Assembly: GCA_013115145.1 (NCBI GenBank)
Contig: JAAPAO010000153.1
Location: 1 to 61,156 of the forward strand
Source of the DNA: Perkinsus chesapeaki ATCC PRA-425
Taxonomy: Eukaryota; Protista; Perkinsozoa
Direction: 5' to 3'
Length of the DNA stretch: 61,156 nucleotides
Shown here: in pieces, positions 36,801-49,353 of the stretch
How the letters are laid out: every line of letters begins with the position of its first letter
Position numbering within the stretch: the stretch's first letter is position 1
Translations under genes and position numbers: made by a program
Notes under the pieces: generated by a model
Database searches by the model: none
What the model was told of the DNA's origin: nothing
The model's input: only the letters and a program-made list of their open reading frames with translations

Positions 36801-37957
36801 GTCATCGCATTCGGTCAAATGATCATTGCCGGAGCAGTTGGAGTTTGGTCAGTTCTCCTCACCCTTGCGTAGACCCAACTCACCCTCTTTCAGGTACTTC
36901 ACACCAAACAGCGAGAAGGGCTCTTTGGGGACCAAACCCCTCCGTACTGGTATCAAAAACGCTGTGGTTTACCACCAAGGAACTCTAGCATTTGGCAGCT
37001 TTATTCTGGCTATTGTACAGTTCATTAAATGGTGGCTTAGGTGAGTATTATTAATCTATATTGAAGCACTCTCACTAACATCTGCTGCAATATTGCACGC
37101 TGGTTGTTTCCGATAAAAAGTCTACATCGAGATGCTTGATGTTGACACTTCTACAGATAAGTAACTGAAATAATAATGACCACAGTGATAGGACTATATT
37201 CAATACGTTACCAGCCTATCCCGAGATGGCGGTGTTACGCACACCACTGGCGTATAGTGTACATTTAAATGTGCTGCTGCTCTTAATACAGCTTACGGGA
37301 TGTCCTCAGATATCTAGCCAAGCAAGCTAAGCTACAGCACAATAAAGTGATGGCTATCGTATTCAGCATCCTGAGCTATTGTGTTGCCTGCTTCGAGAGA
37401 TGCATTAAGTTCCTCAACAAGAATGCCTACATTCAAACAGCTCTCCTCGGTAATCTTCCCGTAGCTGATCGATGATAGCCATGGCGTTCTCAGGTACCAA
37501 GTTCTGTACTAGCGCCAAGAATGCCTTCTTTTTAATATTGCGCAATGCCGCGCGTATAGGAGTTCTCGGTGCCATTGGGAATGCAGTGAGGCTTTTCGGA
37601 TACCTCTTCATAATGGGTAAAATAATTCACTATTTCCTATGCTCATTCACTTTTCGCCAGCTGCCACTGCTGCTTCGGGGTACTTCATCACCTTGGAGAT
37701 GTACGATGGTGAGATCAACAGTCCTATCGTTCCGATAGCAATTTATGTGGTCGTTGGGTAAGTCTAGAAATGGTTGAGATATTATTCTCCACATTAGTTA
37801 CGTTGTTGGCAAGCTGATCACCAACGTCTTTGGTTTGGCCGTCGACTCTATGCTCCAATGCTTCGTTGCTGATGAGGAGCTCAATAAGTCTTCGGGAGGG
37901 GCGCAGTGCACTCCGCCGTTGCTGAGGGATTTCCTTGCCAAGAACGGCAAGAAGTGA
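33823..37957 (+). CDS. Choline transporter-like (CTL/SLC44) membrane protein, many exons; start approximate
   Basis: NRKCTDVLMYILF, GNPNRLIAGQDWQGNFCG, YHQGTLAFGSFILAIVQ, FLNKNAYIQTA, GTKFCTSAKNAFFLILRN and AVDSMLQCFVADEE are CTL-family motifs. Confidence 0.9.
34899..34970 (-). tRNA. trnD: tRNA-Asp(GTC), intact, antisense inside a CTL intron
   Basis: TCCGCGG-TA-GTATAGAGGTTAGTAT-T-CCTGC-CTGTCAC-GCAGG-AGAC-CCGGG-TTCAATT-CCCGG-CCGCGGA-A. Acceptor, anticodon and T stems all pair. Confidence 0.93.
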
Positions 37958-39181
37958 CAACAACACGTCAATTCGCATGCATGTGATTTTATGATGATCA
38001 TCATTCTTGAGGCAGACGCTGTTCAAGTGCTGCCCTGTTGTGCGCGGTGTGTCCGTAAGTGAGTTTGTCTTGCGTAAACGCACGGTTAATCGAACAGCGA
38101 ACTCATTATTGTCAAACGACCAATCGTAGGAACATGTTGCGTGACGAATTGTGAACGTAAATCTGGTATATGGCTGATAATGGTGTGCATTCAGACATAT
38201 AAAACTTACACATCTCCTAAGCCAGTACTGATCAGAACTTCGGATTCAGAAGATACGTACCTCATTGAAAGAATCTGGTCACTTCACGTATCAAGTTCAT
38301 ACAGATGGCCGGTTTGATCACATATTCTGATCATAACCCATCGATAAGATAGTAGAGCTTCATAATTAGACTCCAGTTAATCGAGGGTCCTCGAAGGCTA
38401 GACTGGTTTGATTGTTTAAGATAAGGTCTGGTAAGGTTCAAGCGGATAATATACAAGGCTGCTGACATCACCGCACGTAATAGTATACTGTATGTCCTAC
38501 TCCTGACAGCAATCATGTAGGCATGTTACACCGCTAATCAATGGATTTCGCACTGAATCCTGATTCGAGACCGATTCGCAAGCAAGATCGATCAGTGGGT
38601 CTGAGTTAAATGATAAATTTGAGATTAATACGGATTTTCTTTCTAACGTTGGGCGAGAGAATAATGTGTTAATCTTGAATCTATTATCTAAGTCATCAGC
38701 GCTCTCCATCAGCGATTCAGACTAAACTTTCGCCACACGCTGCTGAGCGCTTTGAGAGACTCCCAACTCAATGCCTATACAGTACCCAGAAAAATCTAAC
38801 GTATGCGTGGAGCCGCGTTAGATTACAAATAAATAAAAAAATGAATGAAATAATGCAAAGACTGCTTTGTCAACAGCTTCCTACACTGAACAAGGTTAAA
38901 TGAAGTCATACCATGGCTAAACTCCAATGACGCGCACAGAATGAAACAGCATCCCAACGCCATCAACAACGCAAATCTCGACTCTCTATCGTGCTGTCGA
39001 TATGAAGTAGTCTATTTAATAGACTGAACCCCTCATCTATTATTTGACTGTGAATGATACATGACATTATTGGTTACTGGAGTAGTAAAGGATATCAAGA
39101 TTACTCACAATGACCTTTTAAAGACAACATCGATGAGTAGGATTATACCCAGCAAGAGCTCAGATCCACAGGAGTGAATAC

Positions 39182-39589
39182 TCACCAAAGTTTCTCTAGG
39201 CCTACATCTTTGCCGCCTGCGTAGATCAATTTATAGTCCTTACCACAGGACACACCTATCTCATATATAGATCCTTGTCTCATAACAGGATCGATAGCCC
39301 AGCCAGCAAACTTCTTCAACGAATTTAGACACCCACTGGGTTCACACGAGTGACACTGGTAGTCGTTATAGGACAGATAGAGACACTTGCAGTTCCTGCA
39401 AGATCGTGTTTCACCGTTCTTAGTTACCGACAGCATTGCATAGAATGTATTGTCCCCCTCCGTCGAATCTATATTCACCGAGACGGTACCGTCCTTGTTT
39501 TTTCCCTGATAAAAGCCAAGATCATATTTACAGTGAGGATGATGGCAGCCAGATACCCCAGATATGCACATACATATTATTAGAGCCAT
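39182..39589 (-). CDS. Small secreted cysteine-rich hypothetical protein; last exon not resolved
   Basis: MALIICMCISGVSG is signal-like, with multiple Cys (SCRNCKC, CHSCEPSGC). The ORF runs into a GTGAGT donor-like site. Confidence 0.5.
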   Translation of the reverse strand: MALIICMCISGVSGCHHPHCKYDLGFYQGKNKDGTVSVNIDSTEGDNTFYAMLSVTKNGETRSCRNCKCLYLSYNDYQCHSCEPSGCLNSLKKFAGWAIDPVMRQGSIYEIGVSCGKDYKLIYAGGKDVGLEKLW

Positions 39590-40998
39590 TAGGCTTACAA
39601 CTAATAAGGGAGCGGGCTGGAGAAGGATAGATTTAGCTTTGCCGTTGGTAAACATCATGGCTGTTCACAATCGAAGATTGGAAAAGTCAATTGATTTTGT
39701 ACAACTGAAGAAATACCTGGTTTTGAATCAACGTATCCAACCTCATTCGTGCATTTGTCAGCGCTTCGGTGTGTATGCGTTCCAGTGGAGCGGATCTACG
39801 ATACTAATGGAGCATTGCTACCTCGAGTGGTTGAGTTAACTGCTTATATCGCAATCGGTGTGTATTTAAGAACAATTTCGAACATGAGTTAACGCAGACG
39901 TAAGTCACCTTTATGTCCTATAGCTCCTCCCAGATCTCGGTTTTAACCTCCAAGCATCAGGCAGTTCATGACTGTAACAGGCTCCATGGGTGGTGCGCCC
40001 GGCGCAGTTTGCGTGCGCGGATGACTCACACCCTACGCCTACCAATCGGCAACCACAATTTCGTGACGTGACTGATGAAAAGATCTTTCGATAACATTAT
40101 TTCGTAATTTCACCTTCAACATTGACAAAAGAACAAGAAGGCTGAAGCTCAATGTCTGCACATATATGAGAAGCCCTTCATGGACAGACTTCTCGAGGGT
40201 ACGAATTTGAAATCGAATAGTAGGTCCATCTACTGGACGTTGTTCATTGACTAACTTTTTGCAATACAAAATCTGCATGTGCCGCACACTGCGTGCTACT
40301 ATACCACATACTGTACTCATTCATGCCATTCCTCTACGGGCCCTGCAGCAGGGCCCGAGAGGCCCTGCTATTACATATTAATAGTGTGCTCGAGCTTAAC
40401 TGATACAATTACTTCCGCTTTTGAAGGCGGAAGCAATTTAGATGAAGCAGACTGAAGGATTAGCAACTAACATTCACAATATGATAGTTAGAGTCGGCAG
40501 AAACGGCAGAAACGGTTGTATCTCAGATACTTTGGTTTGGGCGTGCGGCACTCTCTCCATCTCGCGAGAATTTCAAAGGCCATCGCATTCGAGAGTTCAT
40601 TCCGCTTTTACACACGCCGATGCTTCGAACAAACATTGCATTCGGGAGCGAGGTTTTCGCGCACAAGTTCCGTGGAATCAAGCTCACAGAAGCTGTGCAT
40701 ATCGCATGAGCAACTCACAGTGACCCAGTCTCGGGCAAATCTTCGCACACTTCACTGGGCACCGGGAAATTTACTTCTGCCAGGGCGTCGACCTCGCTCC
40801 CATTGCTGGCGAAAGGGCCTTTACACGGGTAGCACCCGTGTGTGCCTGGCGAGTGGCGCGTGGCGCGTGGCGCAGACGACGTGGCTATGTCGCGTCTAGC
40901 CCAACCGCGGAAAATCACTGCCTTAATAGCTTGCCTCAGATCATGTAGATTATGGACACCACTCCCATCTGTAGGTCCTTGTTGATTTTTTTGCCAAG

Positions 40999-41507
40999 AT
41001 GCGTCTCACTAGCCTCACTGTCATCATCTATCACGCCTGCTTCGTTGTCTGGGGAAGTGGTAACAACAAGCCGAATCGCAACAAGCCGAATCCCGATAAC
41101 GAGCATCCTGATCTTGAGCCATGTAAGCGGACTCTCCGGAGTTCGTCTGTAAATATATTGTTCAAATCATATTCAGTTCCGTATCAAGCACCTATTCATC
41201 CTCATCAATCTTGTGATCGTGGATATCGGGTCCGAGTGATCTATGGGAACAAGGCAGCGGGTTCTATCTGCACCGTATTCTGTCGTGAGACCAGCGACTG
41301 TCCTCCCCCAAAAGAAGGTGATGCTAAACCAGTCTGTCGGAATCGCCAATGCTGCCTTGATTGCGCTGAAGTAGGAATATAATTGCATTCTTATCTCATT
41401 TTTGTATCCAGTCATCCTTTCAGGGTGCCCGTAGCTGCCCGGAAGGCTTAGGGTGCCGTGTGTTGGAGTCACCCTCCTTTTGTTTGGACCCATTATCTGT
41501 TGACTGA
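40999..41507 (+). CDS. Small secreted cysteine-rich protein, copy 1 (probably 3 exons)
   Basis: Signal peptide, then PYQAP..CDRG..ICTVFC..DCPPPKEGDAKPVC..CCLDC, then after an intron GARSCPEGLGC..CLDPLSVD. Clear paralog of 44400..44890. Confidence 0.7.
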
Positions 41508-42899
41508 TAAACAACCAGTAACAGTATCGGCTTCATCTTCTTCCTTTTTTTGACCATCATGAATGGTACCACTCCGATAACCCACTTCGCCTAGGTTATG
41601 TGTTAAATCTGAGGTACAATCAATCCGGATGTTACATCTCACATTACTGGGATTCAGCTCTGACAATGGTTTCAATCGAGAGTGGAAGTTGCGTCAAGTG
41701 CTGTATATGAAATGTGTTAGAGTTTAACTCGAACAGTTATCTCAGCTTGATACTCACAGGCAGCTGCAACGAGCTCTTTGAGCTTGCGTGGCTCGGTGCA
41801 CCCTGGGAATTTCCGTTTGAAGTGCTCGGAGAGACTAACGTGACCCAAAACATCATTCCGGAAAGGGAGAGATTTAAAGTGAGAACCGCGCTCTGTCAAT
41901 CACAGCTCATCGGCTGCGGTGACGCCCTCTGACGCCCATAACAGTTGAACATGGTCAAATAGTGTTATCAAGTAGACGGAAGTGACGCAGGCATACTTCA
42001 CAAGAGCCCGGCCCGCTTCACCTATTTTCATCTACCCACATGTCCCACGAACCATCCCTAGACGGATAAATGCCCGGGAGGCCCATGCCAAAGCCGTTGC
42101 TGCCTCCGAAGGCCGCGTTATTCTTTACGAGTCGTACATCGTAACGCGGCCTTCTGCATTATCAGCTGATAGAAGCCTACCGCCTTCATTCCACCTCCAT
42201 TGGCGTTTCACCAGTTATTTTTCAGCAGCGGGCAATGAAAAGACAAGGAATAGGCGAGTCTATTTGTACTATTCAAAATTAGCTGAACTCATCGAGTGGC
42301 ACCGGCCGTTCCAGAGCTGCTCTTTTGTTTGCGGACTGGACTGGCCCACTTCAGCTTTGAGAGGATAGTATCGTTAGGGCCAAGGCATATTCTCGGATAC
42401 ACGAGTCGGTAATACAGCTAATAGTGAGAGACAGGAAAGCAAAGTTAATGAGCAGAAGTGACCGGCAACGAATTGACGCGGAGCACGCGCAGCGCAATTA
42501 TGCCCTACTTTCACGATCCGGTGACCAAAAGCATCTAAGCGGTAAGTGTATCTGGCCTTTTAAGGAGCCCTCCTCTAACCCGTTGATGCCCGTAAATGTA
42601 AGGAGGGTGGAGCCCCCCGAGGTCGGGTGATCTGGTTGCCCATTTCTAAAAGGTGAGCACATATTCTTTGAGATGCCATCGAGCGGATCTCTGTGTGGGC
42701 GAATGCCCCGCCGTTAGGAGAGTGTTTCTGCAGATAAGAGTGGTTAAAAGATCATCTGACATAGTCATTCTAGTCCACAGTCCGAACATCCCGCCGAATT
42801 GTGCAAGTTAACAGGTGCATTCCCATCAAGCCAGCTGTCTGTTACTCACTGAGACATCAGTGAGACAGAGAGTTACCTGCATTTCTACTGTACCGCTAA

Positions 42900-43200
42900 A
42901 CTGTTTATCAGTGAAACGCTCGCATGCAGAGTCTGAATTCGGGATAGATCTCGATGTTGATTCGGGAACTTGACGGATTCCGGAGCGTAAAATCCCATCG
43001 AACACGGGAGTGCGGGAGGAATACTCAAACCCGAAACCCGAACACACTCCAAAAGTTGAGCGGGAAGAGGTTTCGGTTTGGGTATCCATGTCAAAGCAGC
43101 AAGTGACCCAAGGCAAATCTAGGGGCCGTTTGTGCCCCAAGTGCCTATATCGGGCACAAATGATGTGCCTGGAATTTTTGGAAAGCCATTCTATTGAATG
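42900..43200 (+). pseudogene. Possible decayed pepsin-like protease relic
   Basis: VDSGT* followed by RIPERKI (compare LDTGS..IPHRKM) and a downstream GIFGKPFY*. Position relative to CRP copy 1 mirrors the protease after copy 2. Motif evidence only. Confidence 0.2.
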
Positions 43201-44399
43201 ATGCCATGACATTGTCATCGCCAAGTATGTCGTTTGGCAACGGTTGCGATGACAGTCTTGAACGCCCACAGTTATTGCTATAACTGGGCCTGAATAGTCT
43301 ATCAGTGATAAACTCTACAAGGTGGGCGTTGCGACTTTCCAAGAGCCTTTAGGTCAGTGATGCCTTGACATCGCCGTATTCAGGGATGGAAGAGGGAGGG
43401 TTAAATTTTGCAAGAGCTACCTGTCACTATTTGGTGACGTTATGGTTGAACCAGGCTCAGCTCGACAACGAGCCGTGCCCGACCAACACATCGTCAAGTA
43501 CCCAGCTACGCCACTGGCTTCAATGTAGTGCAAATCCAATATCTTTGTTTCGTGGATTGTGTCTGAAACTATTTGGGGTGTGCGTGCGGTACTCCCTTAA
43601 TCTCTGGAGATTTCACAGCCGCTACATTCGCAAGCTTAATCCGCTTATCATGAGAGAGAGCATGCTCTTATTCAACCAGTTTCCGTTGTATTCCCTCCTT
43701 TATCGAGTATAGCTGCTCAGAAGATGATACAAGCCGCTGCTGCGGCGGCGCTGCACCTACTGGGGCCGCTGTTCGCGAGCTCCGGGTGGACGATCTCGGA
43801 AGCCTTATCTTGATAGGACGCGGGCGGCATTATGAATCACTTGCGTTAAGCCTAAAATGATTCATCTATATGACTCAAATTTAAGTCGTCTAATGAGTGA
43901 TCATTACTAAGCAGATCTCCATGGGAAATCTTTGCTCGATTAAAATCTCCAAGTTCGGCAAGTGTTCCTGCTTCCCCACCTTAGTCACCCTAAACCTCCT
44001 TAGGCTTGCTGAGAAATGGGTTTTAATCATTACACCTGCCATAAGCTATATGCTAGTAGTTCTGTTGAAACGAGCCAATTTAAATGGCAGTCGTGAAAAC
44101 AGTTGCATTCTGACACACGCTTTCCCATGGTCTCGTATGCTCGACTACATTGCGCATCTATCGAACCCAAAGAATCGTGTTAACACGAGAGATAGCTCCT
44201 ACGAGGCTGGGCGACCGACAGATTACAGGAGGCTCGATTTCTTTGACAAAACTGACGGACAGGGCCTCAATTGGACAAGAGGCTCCTCACGTCACGTGAT
44301 GGTGCGACGTGAGTCATGTGACATGATTTGGGCAGGGATAGCACGTCACGTGACATGCCTAAAGCAACAGATGCCTCTTCAGCAAGAAGTGTGCAACAG

Positions 44400-44890
44400 A
44401 TGCGATCTAGGACCTTCAACATTATCGGATATATTATGTGGTTCGTTGTGGTGTTAGGGGGTAACAGAAACCGGAATAGTGAGGACAGGCACCCCGTTAT
44501 TGAACCATGTGAGCTTGAGAGACTAAAAAGACATTGTTTAAATCATCTTTCAGTTCCGTATGAAGCACCGACGCACCCTAATCTATCTTGTCATCATGGA
44601 ATTCTTACTGTCGTAGCCCTCGACGGGGGATCCCTTGTAAAGGGATTTATATGCACCGTGAGATGCAACGAGAGCAGTGATTGTCACCCACCAACAGAAG
44701 GTGATGCTGAGCCAACCTGCCGAGCTGGCAGATGCAACCTGCTCTGTGACTATGTAGGAACATGTACAGACACGCATGTCTCAGCTATATCCAACTGATG
44801 TTTCAGGGTGCTCGTTCTTGCCCGGAAGGCTTAGGCTGTTCTCTTGATGAGAGGCTTAAGCCCTCTTTATGTTTGGACCCATTGTCTTGA
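44400..44890 (+). CDS. Small secreted cysteine-rich protein, copy 2 (probably 3 exons)
   Basis: MRSRTFNIIGYIMWFVVVLG, PYEAP..SCHHG..ICTVRC..DCHPPTEGDAEPTC..CNLLC, GARSCPEGLGC..CLDPLS. Introns lie at the same positions as in copy 1. Confidence 0.7.
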
Positions 44891-45653
44891 AGCAAAATAA
44901 TAATCAGCAGATAGTATCAGGACTGCTCCCATTCCTTATCCATGGACAGCCATACGTAGTAAACGCTCACTTGCTTCATACATGTTCTTCGGCTTCAGAT
45001 ATCAAGCCGAATATTAAATCTCATATTATCTCGAACCAGCTCTTAAAAACGGGCTTCAGTTAAGAATGAAGCTTTGAGTTGAATACACATATTAATAGCG
45101 TGCTCGAGTTCAACTCATACAATTGCTTCAAGGGGGGGGCTCGATGACGGAAAACCACAATGGGGAAGAACAATCTCCCAAATTTGATATGACCAGGTCG
45201 TATCAAATCTTCCTCGCTGTTCAGTTCCGTGCTTCGAGCCCCCTCTCCCATTTTTAAGCTAGTTCGCGGACGAACAGTTAGGATTTTACACAGACTAAAG
45301 CATTATTCTAATCTGATTAGCAACTATCATTCACAAATTGTGAATTACAATATGATGGTTAGAGTCGTAAAATTTGTAAATAGCGATGTGTCGGGCAAGT
45401 CTCGAGTATATTGGCGGTGTGATATTGCATTGTTTCTCAGGTACGGCATTCTCCTAGTTATTCGATCTATTTGTTTGGTATAAGTCATGGCACTGTGACG
45501 TTATAGTACGTTGAGCATGGTCATGCTCTTCTCTGCAAATTACAGCACCGAGGGTATCTGAGGGAAAATGTCGCACTCGGCTTCATTAAGAACAAGGACC
45601 CTCCAGGCTTCGCGCTTTATACGTCTCTGACAGTTGATGATCAAGCTGAACCT

Positions 45654-46553
45654 ATGGAAACTACTATGCTTGAGTTCGGAGATGGCAGTCAATCCGTCGA
45701 AGTATTTAAACACTCGGCAACCGTGAACATCGGGACGACTAACCTCCCCAACATAGTCTTCGGATTGATTTGTGGTTCTCTTCCGCCTCCTAAGCAAAAA
45801 AGTCCCAACGCGATACTTGGTCTGGGCGTCGGAGTCAATGACGATTACCCATCTTTACCGAAGCAGCTTCTGGTGGGCTTTCTCAAACTCATTGAGAAGA
45901 ACATCTTTGCTCTATATTTGAAGCCAAAAAGTCCTGGATCTCTGATCCGGAAAGGAGAACTGCTCCTTGGTGGTGGTGATCAGACTCTTTACGATGGGCC
46001 TCTGGAGTTTGTACCGACGCTGAGTGAAGGCCCCTGGATGGTTCACCTACGTGCTTTACAGCCTGAAAACGGCGAAGCGATTACTGTTGCTGGAAGTACT
46101 ATACTAGACACTGGAAGCAATTATATTTTCATTCCACATAGAAAAATGAGCGAGACAATGAAAAGTGTTGAAGATGCCACGGCCGAGGTCGTGGGGGAGC
46201 CATTTCACTTCGAGTATGACAGAAAGTGGGGGATATGGAAAGTTGATTGCAGTTATCGTGAATTTCTGCCAAGTCTATATTTTATCTTGTCTGCTTCGAG
46301 CGATGATGTTGTTCTCAGAATCACAAATGAGAACTACATCGCAGAAACCACAGATCATTGCTATTTGTTGGTGATGATCTCTCCAGTCCAGCATTGGATA
46401 ATGCCGGATTTCATGCTGGTCGGCCACTACCTGGAGTTCCACCCGGACGATAAGAAAGTCGGTATTGGCAAGCTGCAGTCGAAAGGTGGATGTGTAGACC
46501 TAAACCGTTCACTTTTCAACCCGGCAGGTTCCCTGTTTAATGTTCACCGTTAG
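45654..46553 (+). CDS. Pepsin-like (A1) aspartic protease homolog, apparently lacking the first catalytic motif; possible pseudogene
   Basis: AILGLG, NIFALYLKP, GELLLGGGDQTLYDGPLEFVP, ILDTGSNYIF, CSYREFLPSLYF and HCYL are pepsin C-lobe features. No N-lobe DTG/DSG is found upstream in frame. Confidence 0.65.
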   Translation: METTMLEFGDGSQSVEVFKHSATVNIGTTNLPNIVFGLICGSLPPPKQKSPNAILGLGVGVNDDYPSLPKQLLVGFLKLIEKNIFALYLKPKSPGSLIRKGELLLGGGDQTLYDGPLEFVPTLSEGPWMVHLRALQPENGEAITVAGSTILDTGSNYIFIPHRKMSETMKSVEDATAEVVGEPFHFEYDRKWGIWKVDCSYREFLPSLYFILSASSDDVVLRITNENYIAETTDHCYLLVMISPVQHWIMPDFMLVGHYLEFHPDDKKVGIGKLQSKGGCVDLNRSLFNPAGSLFNVHR

Positions 46554-47730
46554 CAAGTCATATATGGACGTTAGGTTAATGTCATTATTCGGGTAACGAC
46601 CAATACTCTCCGGTACTTCGGCACCGAGGCTTTTGAGACCCAACGTGTTTTGTTCCTCGAGTCTCTTACAGACCTCGCGCAGAGAAGTTCCTTCGTTCCA
46701 CAAAATGGCATTGGAGATTAACCCGTTATAAGCGATGGCTGCTTTAGCTTTCGAGCCGCCCATGGAGGCTGTGTGCTAGAACGAACCTTTCTTAGCAGAC
46801 GGTATATCATATCCTCTAACACATGATTCGTAGGGGTTTTTATATGGCTCAGTCAATACAAGTAGCTTAAGTGTTCAGAAGACCGATGCTATAAGTATTG
46901 ATTGACCCTGGAGCTCTGCTTCATGGGCTTGCTCGGAGAAATCTCATGATGAACTTCATCATGTTATTGCTCCCAGACTGGGTGTCTCATCAGCTGAAGG
47001 GTTGGAGTCAAACTGAAGACATGGCAGCTCAGTTTGGACGCCCAGACCAAGCACCCTTGAACTATAGGGACTTAACGTTGTATGGGCCTTAGACAACATT
47101 GACACACGCACTTCGCCAGTATGCGATGTAGCTCGGCTCAAGTGGCTGCCCAATCTGGAGAGTCACATTTGATACAGTAAATTGTCATGTAAATTGGTAC
47201 CATGCAACGGATTCTGAAACACGTGTTTGTTATACGCCATGCGGTTCTCCAACAGGGCTGACGTCGGGACCTAGAGTGGAGTTATTCCTGACAAGTCCTT
47301 GTTTGTTCTACCATCAGCTGCGGGTGTCCCCTTTTATAATTATACTCAGGTTTTAGTCTAAAACTTTTAGACCTCTTGGAAGCACTATTTTCATTCATAC
47401 TATAATTACGTATTCGACTAATAATCAGCTTCTGATGTATTACTGTTTTAGTACATACGCTGTTTTCCAGCAACAAGGTTTCGGCTCACGCGCTTTCTCC
47501 CGCGTTCGTGCTTGATCTGGCATGTAGTCTCTCACGGGTACTATCACTGCGCTGCTCAACGCGCTGCTATATTCTGATGGAACTGGTGGGTCGCTAAACA
47601 CAAGCCACTTTACGCTGGCTGTTACGGTGTGTAGCAATCATTTTCGCTCGATAGGTATATGTATATCTTGATAGGTAATTGTAGCTTCAGTCCTGTTGTG
47701 ACTCTTTATCCTGGCAGGATTGGTTAGTGT

Positions 47731-49353
47731 ATGCTCGTGGTTAGAAGATTTTCAACCCCGGCCGCTATAGGTGCAGCCAACAGTACGTTCCGTTCTAGGC
47801 TAGTATCACTGGCACTGTCTTCCTCCTTTGGGACGGTTCTAGCTCTGACTATCATCCATCATCGAACCACTTTCGTTCTCCGAACTGAATTATATCAATT
47901 TTCAATCAGGGCTTGTGATATGCCATCATCGACTCTCATATCCCTTTATACCACAGTAGCTGAGGAGAGACTTCAAGCCGGAAACGTCATAGAGGCGATG
48001 GAGATGCTACTCAAAACCACGCAGGCAGTCATCGAGAGAGGAGGGGCGAAACAGCAAGAAAAAGTCAAAATGTTGATGGTGGGAGGAGAACGTTATTTCC
48101 CACTACAGATTCAATCTTTTCAGCTTGGACGCAACGTGGTGTCTTTACTGAACGAAGACCCGACGGAGACGCGATTGACTGCAGCGGTGGAGTGCCTAGA
48201 GTCTTTGGTCGCGGCTGCACCAGAAGAAGATTTCAAAGGACTAGCTCCACTCTTTGCCTTAACAATGAGCAATCTCGCCGAGTTGAGGAAAGGCCAGGGG
48301 CGTCTAGAGAAAGCAATCGAGTACCTCAAAAGTGCTGTTGCAACCATCGAGGGAAACGCGGACCCGGGCTGTATGAGGCTACAAGTCATATCATACATGA
48401 ATCTAAGTGAACTGAGTAGCACTGTTGGAACTATAGAAGACGCGGTAAGGTACGCTGAGGCAGCCGTCAAAGCATCTGAGCAATTGTCCGAATGTAACGA
48501 CAGTTGTGTTATACAAGCAATCGCATTTAACAACTATGCGGTCCAACTAACAGTCGTGGGGTCGGATATTGAATCGGCGAAGGAGTCGTGCAACAAAGCT
48601 ATTGAGAAAATACGAACCTGCCCAGATGGTGGTGAACTCGAACGAGTATTTAAAAAAAGTCTGGATATGATAGAAACAAAGGAAGGTGCGAACTCGGTTG
48701 GTGAAGCTAAGCAATACGGGCTAAAGGGAAACTCTCGGAGCTTATCGGGAATACCATCACCGAACGAGGAGGATAAGTGCATGCTTGAGCAGCTCGATGT
48801 ACTCGAGTCAGCCCCTTCCACGGCGAGGCACGTGGCTCTAGCTGCTCCAGTACGCGCTCACGTTTCCGTCACACTGGAGGACAATGAAATATCTCGAAGT
48901 GAAAGCAGTGTACGAGTCTTCACAGACGATGCTATCGGAAAAGGGGAGGAAATACTGCACTCAGTCTCGAACATGAAGAATGCCGAAGTACCTTACATAG
49001 ATACAGTGTACGAGTCTCCGTCACCCATATCTCTACAGACAGTATCGAGCAACAAGCCAAGAACTGTATCACCGAGGATCAATACGGGACCAAAGGAGAG
49101 CCCGTCGCGGCCGCAACAATGCATCAATGCAGAGGATCGACCGAGACCACACCAATCAGACTCGAGCAGTGTCGGTGGGGAAAGCAACTTTTTCCTGGAA
49201 AGAATGATGAATGCGAAGCTTGATAATTCATTAGAGTTTGGGCCGCCAACATGGAAGGTCGGTTATGACTATGGCAGCGAGACTTTTGTGGTTGATGATT
49301 GCCACGGGAGGCAGTGGACTGTGAGGCTGCCCGAAGGAGTATCCCTCATGTGA
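47731..49353 (+). CDS. TPR-like helical repeat protein with a low-complexity C-terminal half; true start uncertain
   Basis: 540-aa ORF. ALTMSNLAELRKGQGRLEKAIEYLKSAV, VISYMNLSELSSTVGTIEDAVRYAEAAV and AIAFNNYAVQL..AKESCNKAI are TPR-like. Confidence 0.6.
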   Translation: MLVVRRFSTPAAIGAANSTFRSRLVSLALSSSFGTVLALTIIHHRTTFVLRTELYQFSIRACDMPSSTLISLYTTVAEERLQAGNVIEAMEMLLKTTQAVIERGGAKQQEKVKMLMVGGERYFPLQIQSFQLGRNVVSLLNEDPTETRLTAAVECLESLVAAAPEEDFKGLAPLFALTMSNLAELRKGQGRLEKAIEYLKSAVATIEGNADPGCMRLQVISYMNLSELSSTVGTIEDAVRYAEAAVKASEQLSECNDSCVIQAIAFNNYAVQLTVVGSDIESAKESCNKAIEKIRTCPDGGELERVFKKSLDMIETKEGANSVGEAKQYGLKGNSRSLSGIPSPNEEDKCMLEQLDVLESAPSTARHVALAAPVRAHVSVTLEDNEISRSESSVRVFTDDAIGKGEEILHSVSNMKNAEVPYIDTVYESPSPISLQTVSSNKPRTVSPRINTGPKESPSRPQQCINAEDRPRPHQSDSSSVGGESNFFLERMMNAKLDNSLEFGPPTWKVGYDYGSETFVVDDCHGRQWTVRLPEGVSLM

